From Candidatus Parcubacteria bacterium (lineage in GTDB: Bacteria; Patescibacteriota; Minisyncoccia; Minisyncoccales; JAGLUP01), in the NCBI GenBank assembly GCA_023134715.1, contig JAGLUP010000004.1, positions 1,301 to 65,300 of the forward strand: a stretch of DNA of 64,000 bases, read 5' to 3'. Below the pieces are notes generated by a model. It saw only the letters and a program-made list of their open reading frames with translations. It had not been told where the DNA came from and ran no database searches. Below, one piece after another: positions 24,983 through 34,410 of the stretch (positions within the stretch are counted from its first letter, which is position 1; each line of letters begins with the position of its first letter). The translations under genes were made by a program, and so were the position numbers.

Positions 24983-25018
24983 TTAACGATTATTTTTTAT
25001 TTATTTGACCTTTATTTG

Positions 25019-25549
25019 CTACTCAAACATCTCTTTTTTGGTAAATCGCGAAAGCGCGTAAATAATTGTCCTTTCAAACGCGCTTTTCCTCGGAATTAAA
25101 TTATCTGTCATGAAGCCAACACAACCCTCGTGTTGTTTCGTATTTTTCAACCCCCTCATTTCGTCCATCACGTCGCCCAATTCTTTTTTTTGTTCTCTTA
25201 CTTTTTTAACAATTTTTTCAGGCATCAAAAGTCCACTACCCTGAGCATACCCCCAAATCCCCTGTCTATCAACTATCGCCACAAAACCGCTTAAAAAAGT
25301 GCCTATTTTTTCATTTTCAAACCCGCCCTCTAATCCAACGCCAAAATCGGCATCTATCTTCTGTCTCGCTCTATCCGCTCTATTTCTAGAGCCCTCAAGC
25401 ATTTCTTCAAAACTTATAGGCATATCAGAAACACCAGAAGAAACAGAAATGCCAATAATTTCCACACTAGAACCGAACACTCTTTCAAAAGCGCTTTTTG
25501 TTGCTTCAATTTTAATTGGATTTTTAGAACCTATCGCTATTTTTAACAT
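25019..25549 (-). CDS. Inosine/xanthosine triphosphatase (YjjX/DUF84 family)
   Basis: MLKIAIGSKNPIKIEATKSAFERVFG... Confidence 0.7.
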   Translation of the reverse strand: MLKIAIGSKNPIKIEATKSAFERVFGSSVEIIGISVSSGVSDMPISFEEMLEGSRNRADRARQKIDADFGVGLEGGFENEKIGTFLSGFVAIVDRQGIWGYAQGSGLLMPEKIVKKVREQKKELGDVMDEMRGLKNTKQHEGCVGFMTDNLIPRKSAFERTIIYALSRFTKKEMFE

Positions 25550-25607
25550 ATTACTTTTGCTATATTAAACTCCAATCCTATTCTTCGAATTAAAGTTCCT
25601 CTTTTTA

Positions 25608-26240
25608 TTATTTCCTTTCTGATATTACCTTCGCGAATGCTGAACTATTTTCGTAAAATTTAGTTTTTCCAGTCCATAATTTTCTAATCTTGAATTTTTC
25701 TTTTAATTTTTCTTTAAAATATTCTTCGCTAAAAAAATGTCTAACATGACCGTTTAAGACATACATATCTTTTTCAATAAGTTTCCCCTTTCCATAAAGA
25801 GGGTCATTAGTAGATTTACAGCAAGCACAAAAAATGCCCCCTCGCCTCAAAACTCTTCCAATTTCCTTAAAAATTCTTTTTGTGACTATATCATTAAAAT
25901 AATGAAGTGCCAGATGAGCATAAATTACATCAAAAGAAGCATCTTTAAAATTAAATTTCTTGCTTATATCTTGATTTAAAAAATTGATATTTTTAACGCC
26001 CAAGCTTTCAGTATTTTTCTCTGCTTTTTTTACAGCTTCTTTAGAAAAATCTATAACAGTAATCTTGTGTCCATTTTTGCTAAAAAAGATAGAATCTTTA
26101 CCTATTCCACAGCCAAGCTCTAAAACTCTTGATTTCTTTGGAAAATATCTTATACACTCTTTTGCGAATTCGCTGGTTTCTAAACGAAAAGGTCTTTCTC
26201 TAAAAATTTCATCCCACATTTTCTTTTGATTATAAGTCAT
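25608..26240 (-). CDS. Class I SAM-dependent methyltransferase
   Basis: VLELGCGIGKDS. The start is set at MTYNQKK, which lies 7 nt after a TGGTAGAAT box. Confidence 0.8.
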   Translation of the reverse strand: MTYNQKKMWDEIFRERPFRLETSEFAKECIRYFPKKSRVLELGCGIGKDSIFFSKNGHKITVIDFSKEAVKKAEKNTESLGVKNINFLNQDISKKFNFKDASFDVIYAHLALHYFNDIVTKRIFKEIGRVLRRGGIFCACCKSTNDPLYGKGKLIEKDMYVLNGHVRHFFSEEYFKEKLKEKFKIRKLWTGKTKFYENSSAFAKVISERK

Positions 26241-26311
26241 ATATTCTATTCTACCAAAAAACCATCTTCCTATCAAAAGCAAAACAGGGCTTTCGCCCCG
26301 TTTTTGATAAC

Positions 26312-26944
26312 TTATTTTTTCTTGTCTTTCTTCGCCTTTTTCTTTTTATCAACAGGTTTCTTGAGCTTCTTTGCTTTTACTTTCTTTTTAACTGGTTTTT
26401 TCTTCTTGACTATCACCTCTTTCCTTTGCTCTTTTGCCGGAGCAATCGAAGTTAAGACGCTTATAATCCTATCAAGCTTAATATTCAACATATCAAACTG
26501 TTTTTTATATTGATCAATAGCATTGTCACTATTTTTATTTACAGAACTACCGCCTCTGTCAAAACATTCATTACAATAAACTGGCTTGCTCCCAGTTGGC
26601 CTGAAAGGAAGTTCAAATCTTTTTCCACATTTATCGCATGTTGCGTCAAACATTTTTTTATCTTGAAATCTAGGTCTTTCATAGCTTCTTCTTTCGGGTC
26701 TGTTAGAGCTTGAGCTCTCCCTGCGGCTTGAAAAGCATTGACTGCAATAAACCGGCTTGTCGCTAGTTGGCTTGAAAGGTATCTCGCACTTCTTGCCGCA
26801 ATCACTGCAAATTGCCTCATGCATCTGCGGTCTTTCTCTGTCTCTATTACCAGATTGCCTTCCTCCTCCGCCCCCTCTCCTATAATCTCTTTTTCTTGAA
26901 TCGCCACCTCCCCCTTGACTAAATGTATTATTAAAATTTTTCAT
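26312..26944 (-). CDS. Tandem CxxC-x17-CxxC zinc-ribbon protein with RGG-rich N-terminus and Lys-rich C-terminus
   Basis: CSDCGKKCEIPFKPTSDKPVYCSQC and CDKCGKRFELPFRPTGSKPVYCNEC, with GGGGDSRKRDYRRGGGGGRQ at the N-terminus and a KKKK tail. Confidence 0.7.
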   Translation of the reverse strand: MKNFNNTFSQGGGGDSRKRDYRRGGGGGRQSGNRDRERPQMHEAICSDCGKKCEIPFKPTSDKPVYCSQCFSSRRESSSSNRPERRSYERPRFQDKKMFDATCDKCGKRFELPFRPTGSKPVYCNECFDRGGSSVNKNSDNAIDQYKKQFDMLNIKLDRIISVLTSIAPAKEQRKEVIVKKKKPVKKKVKAKKLKKPVDKKKKAKKDKKK

Positions 26945-27069
26945 AAGATTTTATTAATTATTTATTTAATACTTTTATTATATCAGAAAACAACTATTTT
27001 AGCAATCTTTGTAAAACAAAACAGGGCTTTCGCCCTGTTTCAAATAACTTGATTTATTTACTTTCTGAT

Positions 27070-27510
27070 TTACTTGCTGAAAGGCCTATAACCTTTGCCA
27101 TATTTACTGCCAAATTTTTTGAAAACACTTAAATCAATTTCATTTTCTTCTGCCCAAGCTTTCATCATCTCTTTCATCTCCTGCATCCTGGCTTTTTTCT
27201 CTTCAAAAGAAATATCTTCTCCTCTTAATGCTCCACACTCTTCCCTCAATTCCTGTTTTTTCGCCTTTAGGGCTTGTAATTGCTCTTCTGTGATACCTGC
27301 TTCTGCTAATCTTTCCTGCATCCTTTCTTCGCGATTCTTATCAAAAAATTCTTTTACTTCGCCAGTATCAAGATTAAATCGCTCAGCAAGTTTCTCAACA
27401 ATAGGCGGATATTTTTCTCCAACATCTTCGGCTTGAATACTAACAGTAGCTATGCCGCAGAGACCGAGAACAGCAACTGCCATTATTGTATAAGTTAAAA
27501 TTTTCTTCAT
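27070..27510 (-). CDS. Secreted helical hypothetical protein
   Basis: A signal peptide followed by a charged helical region; last gene of the ECF sigma unit. Confidence 0.5.
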   Translation of the reverse strand: MKKILTYTIMAVAVLGLCGIATVSIQAEDVGEKYPPIVEKLAERFNLDTGEVKEFFDKNREERMQERLAEAGITEEQLQALKAKKQELREECGALRGEDISFEEKKARMQEMKEMMKAWAEENEIDLSVFKKFGSKYGKGYRPFSK

Positions 27511-27590
27511 AATTTTATTACTCCTCTCTCTTATATCAATTCCCGACCTTTCTATCTATTATTACAACTAAACTTATTTTTTCTTTCATT

Positions 27591-28310
27591 CTATCTTCTA
27601 AAAAACCTGCCTTTATTAACTTTACGTATATCGATAGCCTGCACTGCGCCATCACTTCGTTTTCCTAAAACAACTACAACATCGCCTTTTTTAATATCTG
27701 CTTTTAATGGAAAATGAGTTTTAGAACTAATAATTATAGTAAGCTCTTCGCCACAGGGGGTCTCTATTTTAAAACCACTTTTAATTACTTCAAAAATAAC
27801 TCCATGATGCGCGTTGCCAATCCGCGGAGCTCCAAAATCACGATAAATTATTCCTATAGCTGGCAAGCGTCTTTCTTGAGCTTTCCTAAATAAATTTGGA
27901 TGAAATCCTGTTTTGTCTATTAAAAAACTTCCTGCGGCTACAATAATTATAATAACCAATAAAGAATAAATAATTGGCCGACGATAAACAAAAGTAAATC
28001 TTTTAGCAAATATCTCTAATGATATAATCAATGTTGCGGCTATTAAAATTAAAAGCCACGGCAGAGCGTTAAATAAAATCTTCATGCCAGAAAAGCCAAA
28101 TTTTGGCAAAAACAAAGCCCCGCTTGCCCGTAAAGAAAAAATAATAAAACTAATAAAATAGATAAGAAAAAAAGTTAAAACTAAAATCCCCAATATCAGC
28201 AAAACCGCCCTCAGAACAAAGTATGCCCTGGACTTCATTTTAACTTCTCCGCTTTTTATCTTATCAAGCACTTTTTCAGCAATAAAATTTTTTTCTTGTT
28301 GATTATTCAT
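27591..28310 (-). CDS. Multi-pass membrane protein, candidate anti-sigma factor
   Basis: It has a 4-nt overlap with the ECF sigma gene, about 4 TM helices and a C-terminal small beta domain. Confidence 0.45.
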   Translation of the reverse strand: MNNQQEKNFIAEKVLDKIKSGEVKMKSRAYFVLRAVLLILGILVLTFFLIYFISFIIFSLRASGALFLPKFGFSGMKILFNALPWLLILIAATLIISLEIFAKRFTFVYRRPIIYSLLVIIIIVAAGSFLIDKTGFHPNLFRKAQERRLPAIGIIYRDFGAPRIGNAHHGVIFEVIKSGFKIETPCGEELTIIISSKTHFPLKADIKKGDVVVVLGKRSDGAVQAIDIRKVNKGRFFRR

Positions 28311-28879
28311 AATCTATATCCTAATTTTTTAAAAATAAATTTCATTTTTTCCTTTGCTCTTTTTATTCTTATTCCAACAGTTGAAATTGGAATTCGCATT
28401 ACCTCGGCAATTTCCTTGTAGGATAAATCCTCTAAATAATAAAGAATAATCGGCTCGCGGTATTTTGGTTCCAATTGATCAAGACATTTATTAATCATCT
28501 TCTGCGTATCTTGACTGTCTATGTCCTGACTAAAAGAATCGTCTTTAATGCTATAAGGAAGAAAGGTGTCTAAGTCAAACAAAGGTAATGTATTTTTCTT
28601 TCTCTTTTTAAGCGCGTTAACAAGTTCATTGTGGGCAATCCGATAAAGCCAGGAAGAAAATTTTCGATTTATATCAAAACTCTGAATGTTTGTATAAGCT
28701 TTTATAAAAATTTCCTGAATAATATCGCTTATATCTTCATTATCAGAAAGAAATTTCCTTGCGTAACGAATCATTTTTTCTTTATAACGATGGATTAAAA
28801 CCCCAAAAAAATCAACATCACCTGCCTGAACTAAGGCGGCAATATCTTCATCTGATTGCTGAGATTTTTTTTGCTCCAT
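28307..28879 (-). CDS. ECF-type RNA polymerase sigma factor
   Basis: Region 2 is WLYRIAHNELVNALKKRKK and region 4 is LSYKEIAEVMRIPISTVGIRIKRAKEKM. Confidence 0.85.
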   Translation of the reverse strand: MEQKKSQQSDEDIAALVQAGDVDFFGVLIHRYKEKMIRYARKFLSDNEDISDIIQEIFIKAYTNIQSFDINRKFSSWLYRIAHNELVNALKKRKKNTLPLFDLDTFLPYSIKDDSFSQDIDSQDTQKMINKCLDQLEPKYREPIILYYLEDLSYKEIAEVMRIPISTVGIRIKRAKEKMKFIFKKLGYRL

Positions 28880-28984
28880 TTTTATTACTACAACTAAAGT
28901 ATACTTTTTATTTCATTAATGTATACTTCATACTATCAAAAAACCGCCCAAATGGCGATTTTTTATGTACAAACTCTTTATTTT

Positions 28985-30199
28985 CTAACTAACAAATGTT
29001 AAAGCTTTTCCTCGCTTAGTTCCACGGCCAGTTCTTCCGATTCTATGAATGTAATCATCGTATGTTTCTGGAATTTCATAATTAATAACATGCGTAACAT
29101 CATTAATATGCAACCCGCGCGCGGCAACATCAGTTGCCACCAAAGCCTGTACACGATTCTCTTTAAAATTTAGCAATGCTCTCTTCCGCTGTGACTGCGA
29201 TTTATTACTATGAATAGATTCTACTTTTATCCCGCGTTTTGTCAGCATGCGTGATAAATTTTCTACTCCACGCTTTGTTCGTCCGAATACTAAAACTTTT
29301 TTAAACTCGTTATTTTTCAATAAACCGTGCAACACATCTACCCTGTTTAAATTACGAACCCGTACAATATCTTGCTCAATATTTTCTGGAGTTTCCGCTG
29401 TTTTTACGGAAACTGTGCTTGGATTTTTTAAAAAATCATTAATAATCGCCTCTATATTTTTTGACATAGTCGCGGAAAAACAAAGTGTTTGCCGCTCTTC
29501 TGGAGTATGAGCCATTAAAATCCTAATGTCATTTACAAAACCCATATCAAGCATTCTATCCGCTTCATCAAGTACAACCGTACGCGCTTCGCTCAAATTA
29601 AGGGCGCCTCGCTTTACTAAATCAATAAGACGGCCCGGAGTTCCAATAATAAAATTGTTTTTACGTCTTAATTTTCTAATTTGTGGTCCCATATGTTCTC
29701 CCCCCACGCATGTTGTGAAATATACACACATTTGCTTAGTAATATTCTGAAGCTCTTGTTCTATTTGCGGCGCAAGCTCCCGGGTAGGAGTTATAATAAG
29801 AATTTGTTCATGCGTATTTTGTAATACTTTCTCAATAAGCGGGATGAGGAACGCTGCTGTTTTTCCTGTTCCTGTATTCGCAAGCCCAACCACATCTTTT
29901 CCTTGAAGAATAGAAGGAATAATTTTATCTTGAATAGGAGTCGGTTGCGCGTATCCCGACCGCCTAACAGAATGTAATAATACAGAGCTTAGTTCAAAAT
30001 CCGCGAATGAATGTTCTGGCGTAAACACCTCTTTTGGAACGCATGAAGCTACCGCTTTATTAATAAAAGAAGAAATATCTATCTTTTGACCTTTTGGCTT
30101 GCCGTTTTTTACTCCAAATCGTGAACGCCCACCACGAAATCCACCACTTTTCTTTGAGCGGCTGAATCTTCTTGCTTTGAATGTTCTTTGATTATACAT
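28985..30199 (-). CDS. DEAD-box RNA helicase with RGG-like N-terminus
   Basis: PTPIQ, ANTGTGKT, DEAD, SAT and HRIGRTGR. Confidence 0.95.
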   Translation of the reverse strand: MYNQRTFKARRFSRSKKSGGFRGGRSRFGVKNGKPKGQKIDISSFINKAVASCVPKEVFTPEHSFADFELSSVLLHSVRRSGYAQPTPIQDKIIPSILQGKDVVGLANTGTGKTAAFLIPLIEKVLQNTHEQILIITPTRELAPQIEQELQNITKQMCVYFTTCVGGEHMGPQIRKLRRKNNFIIGTPGRLIDLVKRGALNLSEARTVVLDEADRMLDMGFVNDIRILMAHTPEERQTLCFSATMSKNIEAIINDFLKNPSTVSVKTAETPENIEQDIVRVRNLNRVDVLHGLLKNNEFKKVLVFGRTKRGVENLSRMLTKRGIKVESIHSNKSQSQRKRALLNFKENRVQALVATDVAARGLHINDVTHVINYEIPETYDDYIHRIGRTGRGTKRGKALTFVS

Positions 30200-30206
30200 A
30201 TTATTT

Positions 30207-32000
30207 TTATTTACTTTCTCGTTTTGCCCTTACGCGTTCTATTTCTGTAAGATATTTCTTTCGCAACCTTACGCTTTCAGGCGTTATTTCCAGATATTCA
30301 TCTTTATCCATTATCTCTAAACCTGTCTCAATAGTTATAATTTGAGGACTCGTAAGATTAATCGCGTCGTCAGAACCAGAAGCCCGCATATTAGTAAGAT
30401 GCTTTCCTTTAATTGGATTTACCGTCATCTGTTCCCCTTTCGCTGTATTGCCGATTACCATACCCTCATAAACTTCAGTATTTTCTTTGATATATAATGT
30501 GCCTCTGGTCTGTAAATTGTCTAACGAATAAGCCAATGCCTTGCCTGTTGCTCCAGAAATCATAGACCCCTTTTTTCTTTGCGCAATTTCTCCCGCGTGT
30601 GGACGGTATCCAACAACCCGTTTTGCTAAAATTCCGTTTCCTTTTGTGTCTATAACAAATTGATTTCTATATCCAAGCAAACCACGGCTTGGACCTTCAA
30701 ACTGCATAAAACAACGGCCTTCTTTCACCTCCATATCTATCATTCGCGCTCCGCGAGAACTCAACTTTTCAATAACTGTTCCCTGAAACTCTTCCGGCAC
30801 ATCTGCTATAATTTCTTCAAAAGGTTCATGTTTCTTGCCGTCAATTTCTTTTATAATAACCTGCGGCCGAGAAACCTGAAGCTCATACCCTTGTCTACGC
30901 ATATTTTCAATAAGAATAGCTATATGCAATTCTCCTCTTCCATATACAACAAATTGTTCACTCGTTTCCGTGTCAAAATCTATTTTTAATCCCACATTTA
31001 CCTCAAGCTCTTTTTCTAATCGTTCTCTAATCTGCCTGCTTGTCACAAATTTTCCCTCGCGTCCGGCGAACGGAGAGTTGTTCACTAAAAATGTAAGTTC
31101 AATAGTCGGTTCATCTACTGAAATACTTTCGAGCAAGGCCTCATCTGCGGATTTTACCAATGTATCTCCAATATATATATCTGGAAGTCCGGCAATCATT
31201 GCAATATCGCCTGCCTCAACAATTTGCGCGTCTTTTCTAATAATTCCCTTAAATGTAAATAGTTTTGTTATCTTATGGCTTGTAGTTTGCCCAGAATGCT
31301 TTTTTACATATACAGTATCTCCGACATTAACACTGCCGCTATACACGCGAACAATCGCAAGCCGCCCCAAAAAATTATCATACGCTAAATTAAAGGGTTG
31401 AGCGCGAAACACATCGTCGCGAGCTTTTGAAGCTATCGGCGCATGCTCTAAAATTATATCTAATACTGGAGTAATATCTTTTGCTTCGTCAGCAAGATTG
31501 CGTTTTGCGAGCCCATCTCTCGCAATGGCGTATACCACTGGAAAATCAAGCTGCTCTTCTGTTGCCCCAAGCTCCGCGAATAATTCAAATACCTGGTTGT
31601 GCGTACGCTCTGAATTTGCCGCTGACTTATCAATTTTGTTAATCACTAATATGGGCCGCAATCCAAGCTCCAAAGATTTTTTTAATACAAAACGAGTTTG
31701 CGGCATTGGGCCTTCTTGCGCGTCCACCACCAACAACACTGAATCAATGGAACGCAGCACCCTCTCTACTTCAGAACCAAAATCCGCGTGCCCTGGCGTA
31801 TCTACAATGTTAATTTTAGTATCTTTATATAATACAGCGGCATTTTTTGAGTAAATCGTAATGCCGCGCTCTTTTTCAAGCGTGTTTGAATCCATACTTA
31901 CTCCTTTCTCCGCGGCTCCTGTTTGCCGCAAAATAGCGTCAGTAAGCGCGGTTTTCCCATGGTCCACATGGGCAATAATAGCTATATTTCTAATTTCCAT
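30207..32000 (-). CDS. typA: Translational GTPase TypA/BipA
   Basis: [20 protein letters not shown] and NKID, at 597 aa. Confidence 0.95.
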   Translation of the reverse strand: MEIRNIAIIAHVDHGKTALTDAILRQTGAAEKGVSMDSNTLEKERGITIYSKNAAVLYKDTKINIVDTPGHADFGSEVERVLRSIDSVLLVVDAQEGPMPQTRFVLKKSLELGLRPILVINKIDKSAANSERTHNQVFELFAELGATEEQLDFPVVYAIARDGLAKRNLADEAKDITPVLDIILEHAPIASKARDDVFRAQPFNLAYDNFLGRLAIVRVYSGSVNVGDTVYVKKHSGQTTSHKITKLFTFKGIIRKDAQIVEAGDIAMIAGLPDIYIGDTLVKSADEALLESISVDEPTIELTFLVNNSPFAGREGKFVTSRQIRERLEKELEVNVGLKIDFDTETSEQFVVYGRGELHIAILIENMRRQGYELQVSRPQVIIKEIDGKKHEPFEEIIADVPEEFQGTVIEKLSSRGARMIDMEVKEGRCFMQFEGPSRGLLGYRNQFVIDTKGNGILAKRVVGYRPHAGEIAQRKKGSMISGATGKALAYSLDNLQTRGTLYIKENTEVYEGMVIGNTAKGEQMTVNPIKGKHLTNMRASGSDDAINLTSPQIITIETGLEIMDKDEYLEITPESVRLRKKYLTEIERVRAKRESK

Positions 32001-32088
32001 TTTAATAAATTTAATCTAATTAAAAAATCTCCCTACATATAAGGAGATCCTCATAACTGTGTCTCTCCTCCCTTCTCTTCTCTACTAA

Positions 32089-32117
32089 AGAATACCACAT
32101 TCCCCCTCTCCTGTCAA
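32089..32117 (-). promoter_or_regulatory. Sigma-70-like promoter of typA
   Basis: Minus strand: TTGACA, a 17-nt spacer, then TATTCT. Confidence 0.45.
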
Positions 32118-32149
32118 GTATTGGTATTTCCATCCAAATTAAAAACCTT

Positions 32150-32710
32150 TTATAATTCATCAACCCATACATAAGTACTGCCTGCTGGAACAAATCCGTA
32201 TTTTGTAATCTTACAACCTATCCTTTCGCTTTCTCTAATTAGAATATCATCAAACGATTCTACTTCTATTAACTCAATGTCTTTTGCGTTATTTGTTATA
32301 TATTTTAATTTATTGTCTTTGTCTCTGAAAACAGTTGCCGCATGCTGTCCTTTCATCTCGCCGCTTAACTTGAGACACATTATTTTTACATCATACCCAT
32401 GTTGTTCTAATACATATGAACCAAATGTGGCAAGATTTTTACAATCCCCTTCTTTTATATAAAAAAATTCCTCTGGCGGAAAAGAAATATGTCCTTCGCA
32501 ATCTCTCCATTTAAAATTTTTCTTAATATAATCCAATAACTTTTTTGGCGTGTCTAATTCGCTAACAACTTTTTCAAAATTCGGTTTCTGAATTTTAGAT
32601 TCTGCTTTTTCATCCAGTTCCGTTGACCACAGCGTTGCTGAAATCAAAACCGCCGCTAAAATCAAAACCGCAACACCAATAACACTAATTATTTTTACTC
32701 TATTCTTCAT
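32150..32710 (-). CDS. Membrane-anchored transglutaminase-like (Cys-His) protein
   Basis: An N-terminal TM helix, then EGDCKNLATFGSYVLEQHGY...GQHAATVF, which is compatible with a transglutaminase-type Cys/His core. Confidence 0.45.
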   Translation of the reverse strand: MKNRVKIISVIGVAVLILAAVLISATLWSTELDEKAESKIQKPNFEKVVSELDTPKKLLDYIKKNFKWRDCEGHISFPPEEFFYIKEGDCKNLATFGSYVLEQHGYDVKIMCLKLSGEMKGQHAATVFRDKDNKLKYITNNAKDIELIEVESFDDILIRESERIGCKITKYGFVPAGSTYVWVDEL

Positions 32711-32716
32711 TATTTT

Positions 32717-32725
32717 ATTCTACCA
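32717..32725 (-). promoter_or_regulatory. Extended -10 TGGTAGAAT, 6 nt from the ATG (leaderless type)
   Basis: Minus strand: TTTTTTGGTAGAAT-AAAATA-ATG. It is preceded by the terminator hairpin at 32750-32774. Confidence 0.5.
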
Positions 32726-32909
32726 AAAAATATCGCTCCTATCAAAAACAAAACAGAGCTTCCGCTCTGTTTTTAATCATTTGCCTCTCTGGCGATTTTC
32801 CTTAGCTCGGCTCCCCTTGCGGGACGCGTTCAGAACCGTTGTCCTAAAAAATAAAAACTACCAATTTTGGTAGTTAAAAACGGATCACCCTGAAATGAAA
32901 CATTTGATA

Positions 32910-33281
32910 TTATGCTGCCGCTTTTTTCAATAAAGAAGTTATATCAACTTTTTCTGGGCTAAACTCTGATTCTTTAGTAGAATAAGCCCTGTTTGCAGCT
33001 ACGATACGGAGCATTTCCGAAACATCATTCTCGGCATTTATAAAAGATATCTCTTTCCTATTTGAAACTTTACTTTCAAATCTCGCTTTCAATAGAAGTA
33101 AAGAATGAGCCGCTGAGCGAGAAACAAATTTAACATCGGTAAAATCTAAAATTACTGACATGGTATCAGTTTTTTTTATCATTTGCTCTAAAACATCAGC
33201 TACATCACGAGAACTTATGATTGTTGCCAATGATTTAGCTATGCTAATTTCAAATAAATTTTGACTTTTATTAATTTTCAT
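32910..33281 (-). CDS. STAS-like (DUF4325-type) protein
   Basis: This 123-aa protein carries SSRDVADVLEQMIKK...VILDFTDVKFVSRSAAHSLL, which fits the STAS-like pattern (lDF.gV..is.sfa.el). Confidence 0.55.
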   Translation of the reverse strand: MKINKSQNLFEISIAKSLATIISSRDVADVLEQMIKKTDTMSVILDFTDVKFVSRSAAHSLLLLKARFESKVSNRKEISFINAENDVSEMLRIVAANRAYSTKESEFSPEKVDITSLLKKAAA

Positions 33282-33336
33282 ATTAGTAGAATCGTTATCT
33301 ATATCAACTATACCATAAAATAGAATAATTAGTATA

Positions 33337-34191
33337 TCACTCTACATACTTAAGATAATCAATATCGCCAGTTGGTTTTGGTATTCTATAAGCAACGATA
33401 GCTCCCTGCCAATGAAAATCGTGCAAAAACACTAATTTCTCGCTCCGATTAGTGGCAACTAATGCACAAGAACCAGAAATTAAAATAAATCCACCTCCTT
33501 TTAGCGCTTTACATACAACATCCTTTGAAGTTCTCAAACCGTAGCCTCGTTCTTTATCTTTCTTTACCGAATTACCCATCATCGCTTCGGTAATGGCTTG
33601 TTCATCTGTTAAATTTAGCCCTTTCTCTTCTTTGTAAGCTGTAGCAAAACCTCTGCCACAGTCAATAATACAAATATCTAAATAGTCTTTTTGGGGATAA
33701 AACTGTGCAAAAATATAGCCTGAATCCCTCTTACTGTGTTCAAAAACATTGGTTATTAATTCTGACATAGGATACCAAAGAGCACTCCGAGCCCCAGATA
33801 CATTACCAAGAACTTTATAAACTTTTTCTTGAAATAGTGCTTCTAATTTTTCTCTCCCAACTTTCTCTTCTTTATTTAATACGCTTATTGGTATAAAAGT
33901 TCTATGCCTCTGTACCTGTTGCTGAAAAGAAGAGATAGAATTTATACCTTTCGGGAAGCTTACTTTTTCTAAATAAGACCTTATACTACAACTGTCTATT
34001 TTAAATCCGCTTTTCGTTTCGTTTATATAGGCACTTATGGGCAAGATTAAAAGTGGACAAACCCAATTTAATAACGATAAATCAAATTCTAATTTCTCGC
34101 CAAAAGTAACGCCCTTAAATATATTATAAAAAGACCCTAATTGAGCAACAAGAGAATCATTTTTTGGTTTTGGGACTATAATACTTTTCAT
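33337..34191 (-). CDS. GHKL (HATPase_c) ATP-binding protein, SpoIIAB/RsbW-like kinase fold
   Basis: N box ELITNVFEHS, G1 IIDCGRGF, G2 ERGYGL. I do not recognise the N-terminal ~130 aa. Confidence 0.7.
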   Translation of the reverse strand: MKSIIVPKPKNDSLVAQLGSFYNIFKGVTFGEKLEFDLSLLNWVCPLLILPISAYINETKSGFKIDSCSIRSYLEKVSFPKGINSISSFQQQVQRHRTFIPISVLNKEEKVGREKLEALFQEKVYKVLGNVSGARSALWYPMSELITNVFEHSKRDSGYIFAQFYPQKDYLDICIIDCGRGFATAYKEEKGLNLTDEQAITEAMMGNSVKKDKERGYGLRTSKDVVCKALKGGGFILISGSCALVATNRSEKLVFLHDFHWQGAIVAYRIPKPTGDIDYLKYVE

Positions 34192-34410
34192 AGTTCTTAT
34201 ATTAATTTTGAGTTCATTCTTTTTATTTTTCCTTTATTTTATTATACCAAATAAAGGAAATAAGAAAAACCCAAGAATTCTTTTTGGGCTAATTTGGCTC
34301 CGCATCGTGAACAACGTTAGAACCGCAATCCAAGAAGCAGATGGGCATATTTATATACCGGAATTAAAATAAAAGGTGACTAATTCCATTTTCTTCTAAT
34401 TTTAGAACGC

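Noticed and set aside
26539-26907. A 122-aa alternative-frame ORF inside the zinc-ribbon gene.
   Set aside because: It is on the same strand but in a different frame from an ORF with two clean CxxC-x17-CxxC modules. It has no motifs of its own.
32802-34331. An integron-cassette (attC) interpretation of the two GGCTCC...AGAACCG elements.
   Set aside because: There is no integrase gene or attI in the window. The elements lack the paired R''/L''-L'/R' inverted-repeat organisation of attC, and GTTAGAA does not fit GTTRRRY. I kept this only as a low-confidence direct-repeat observation.
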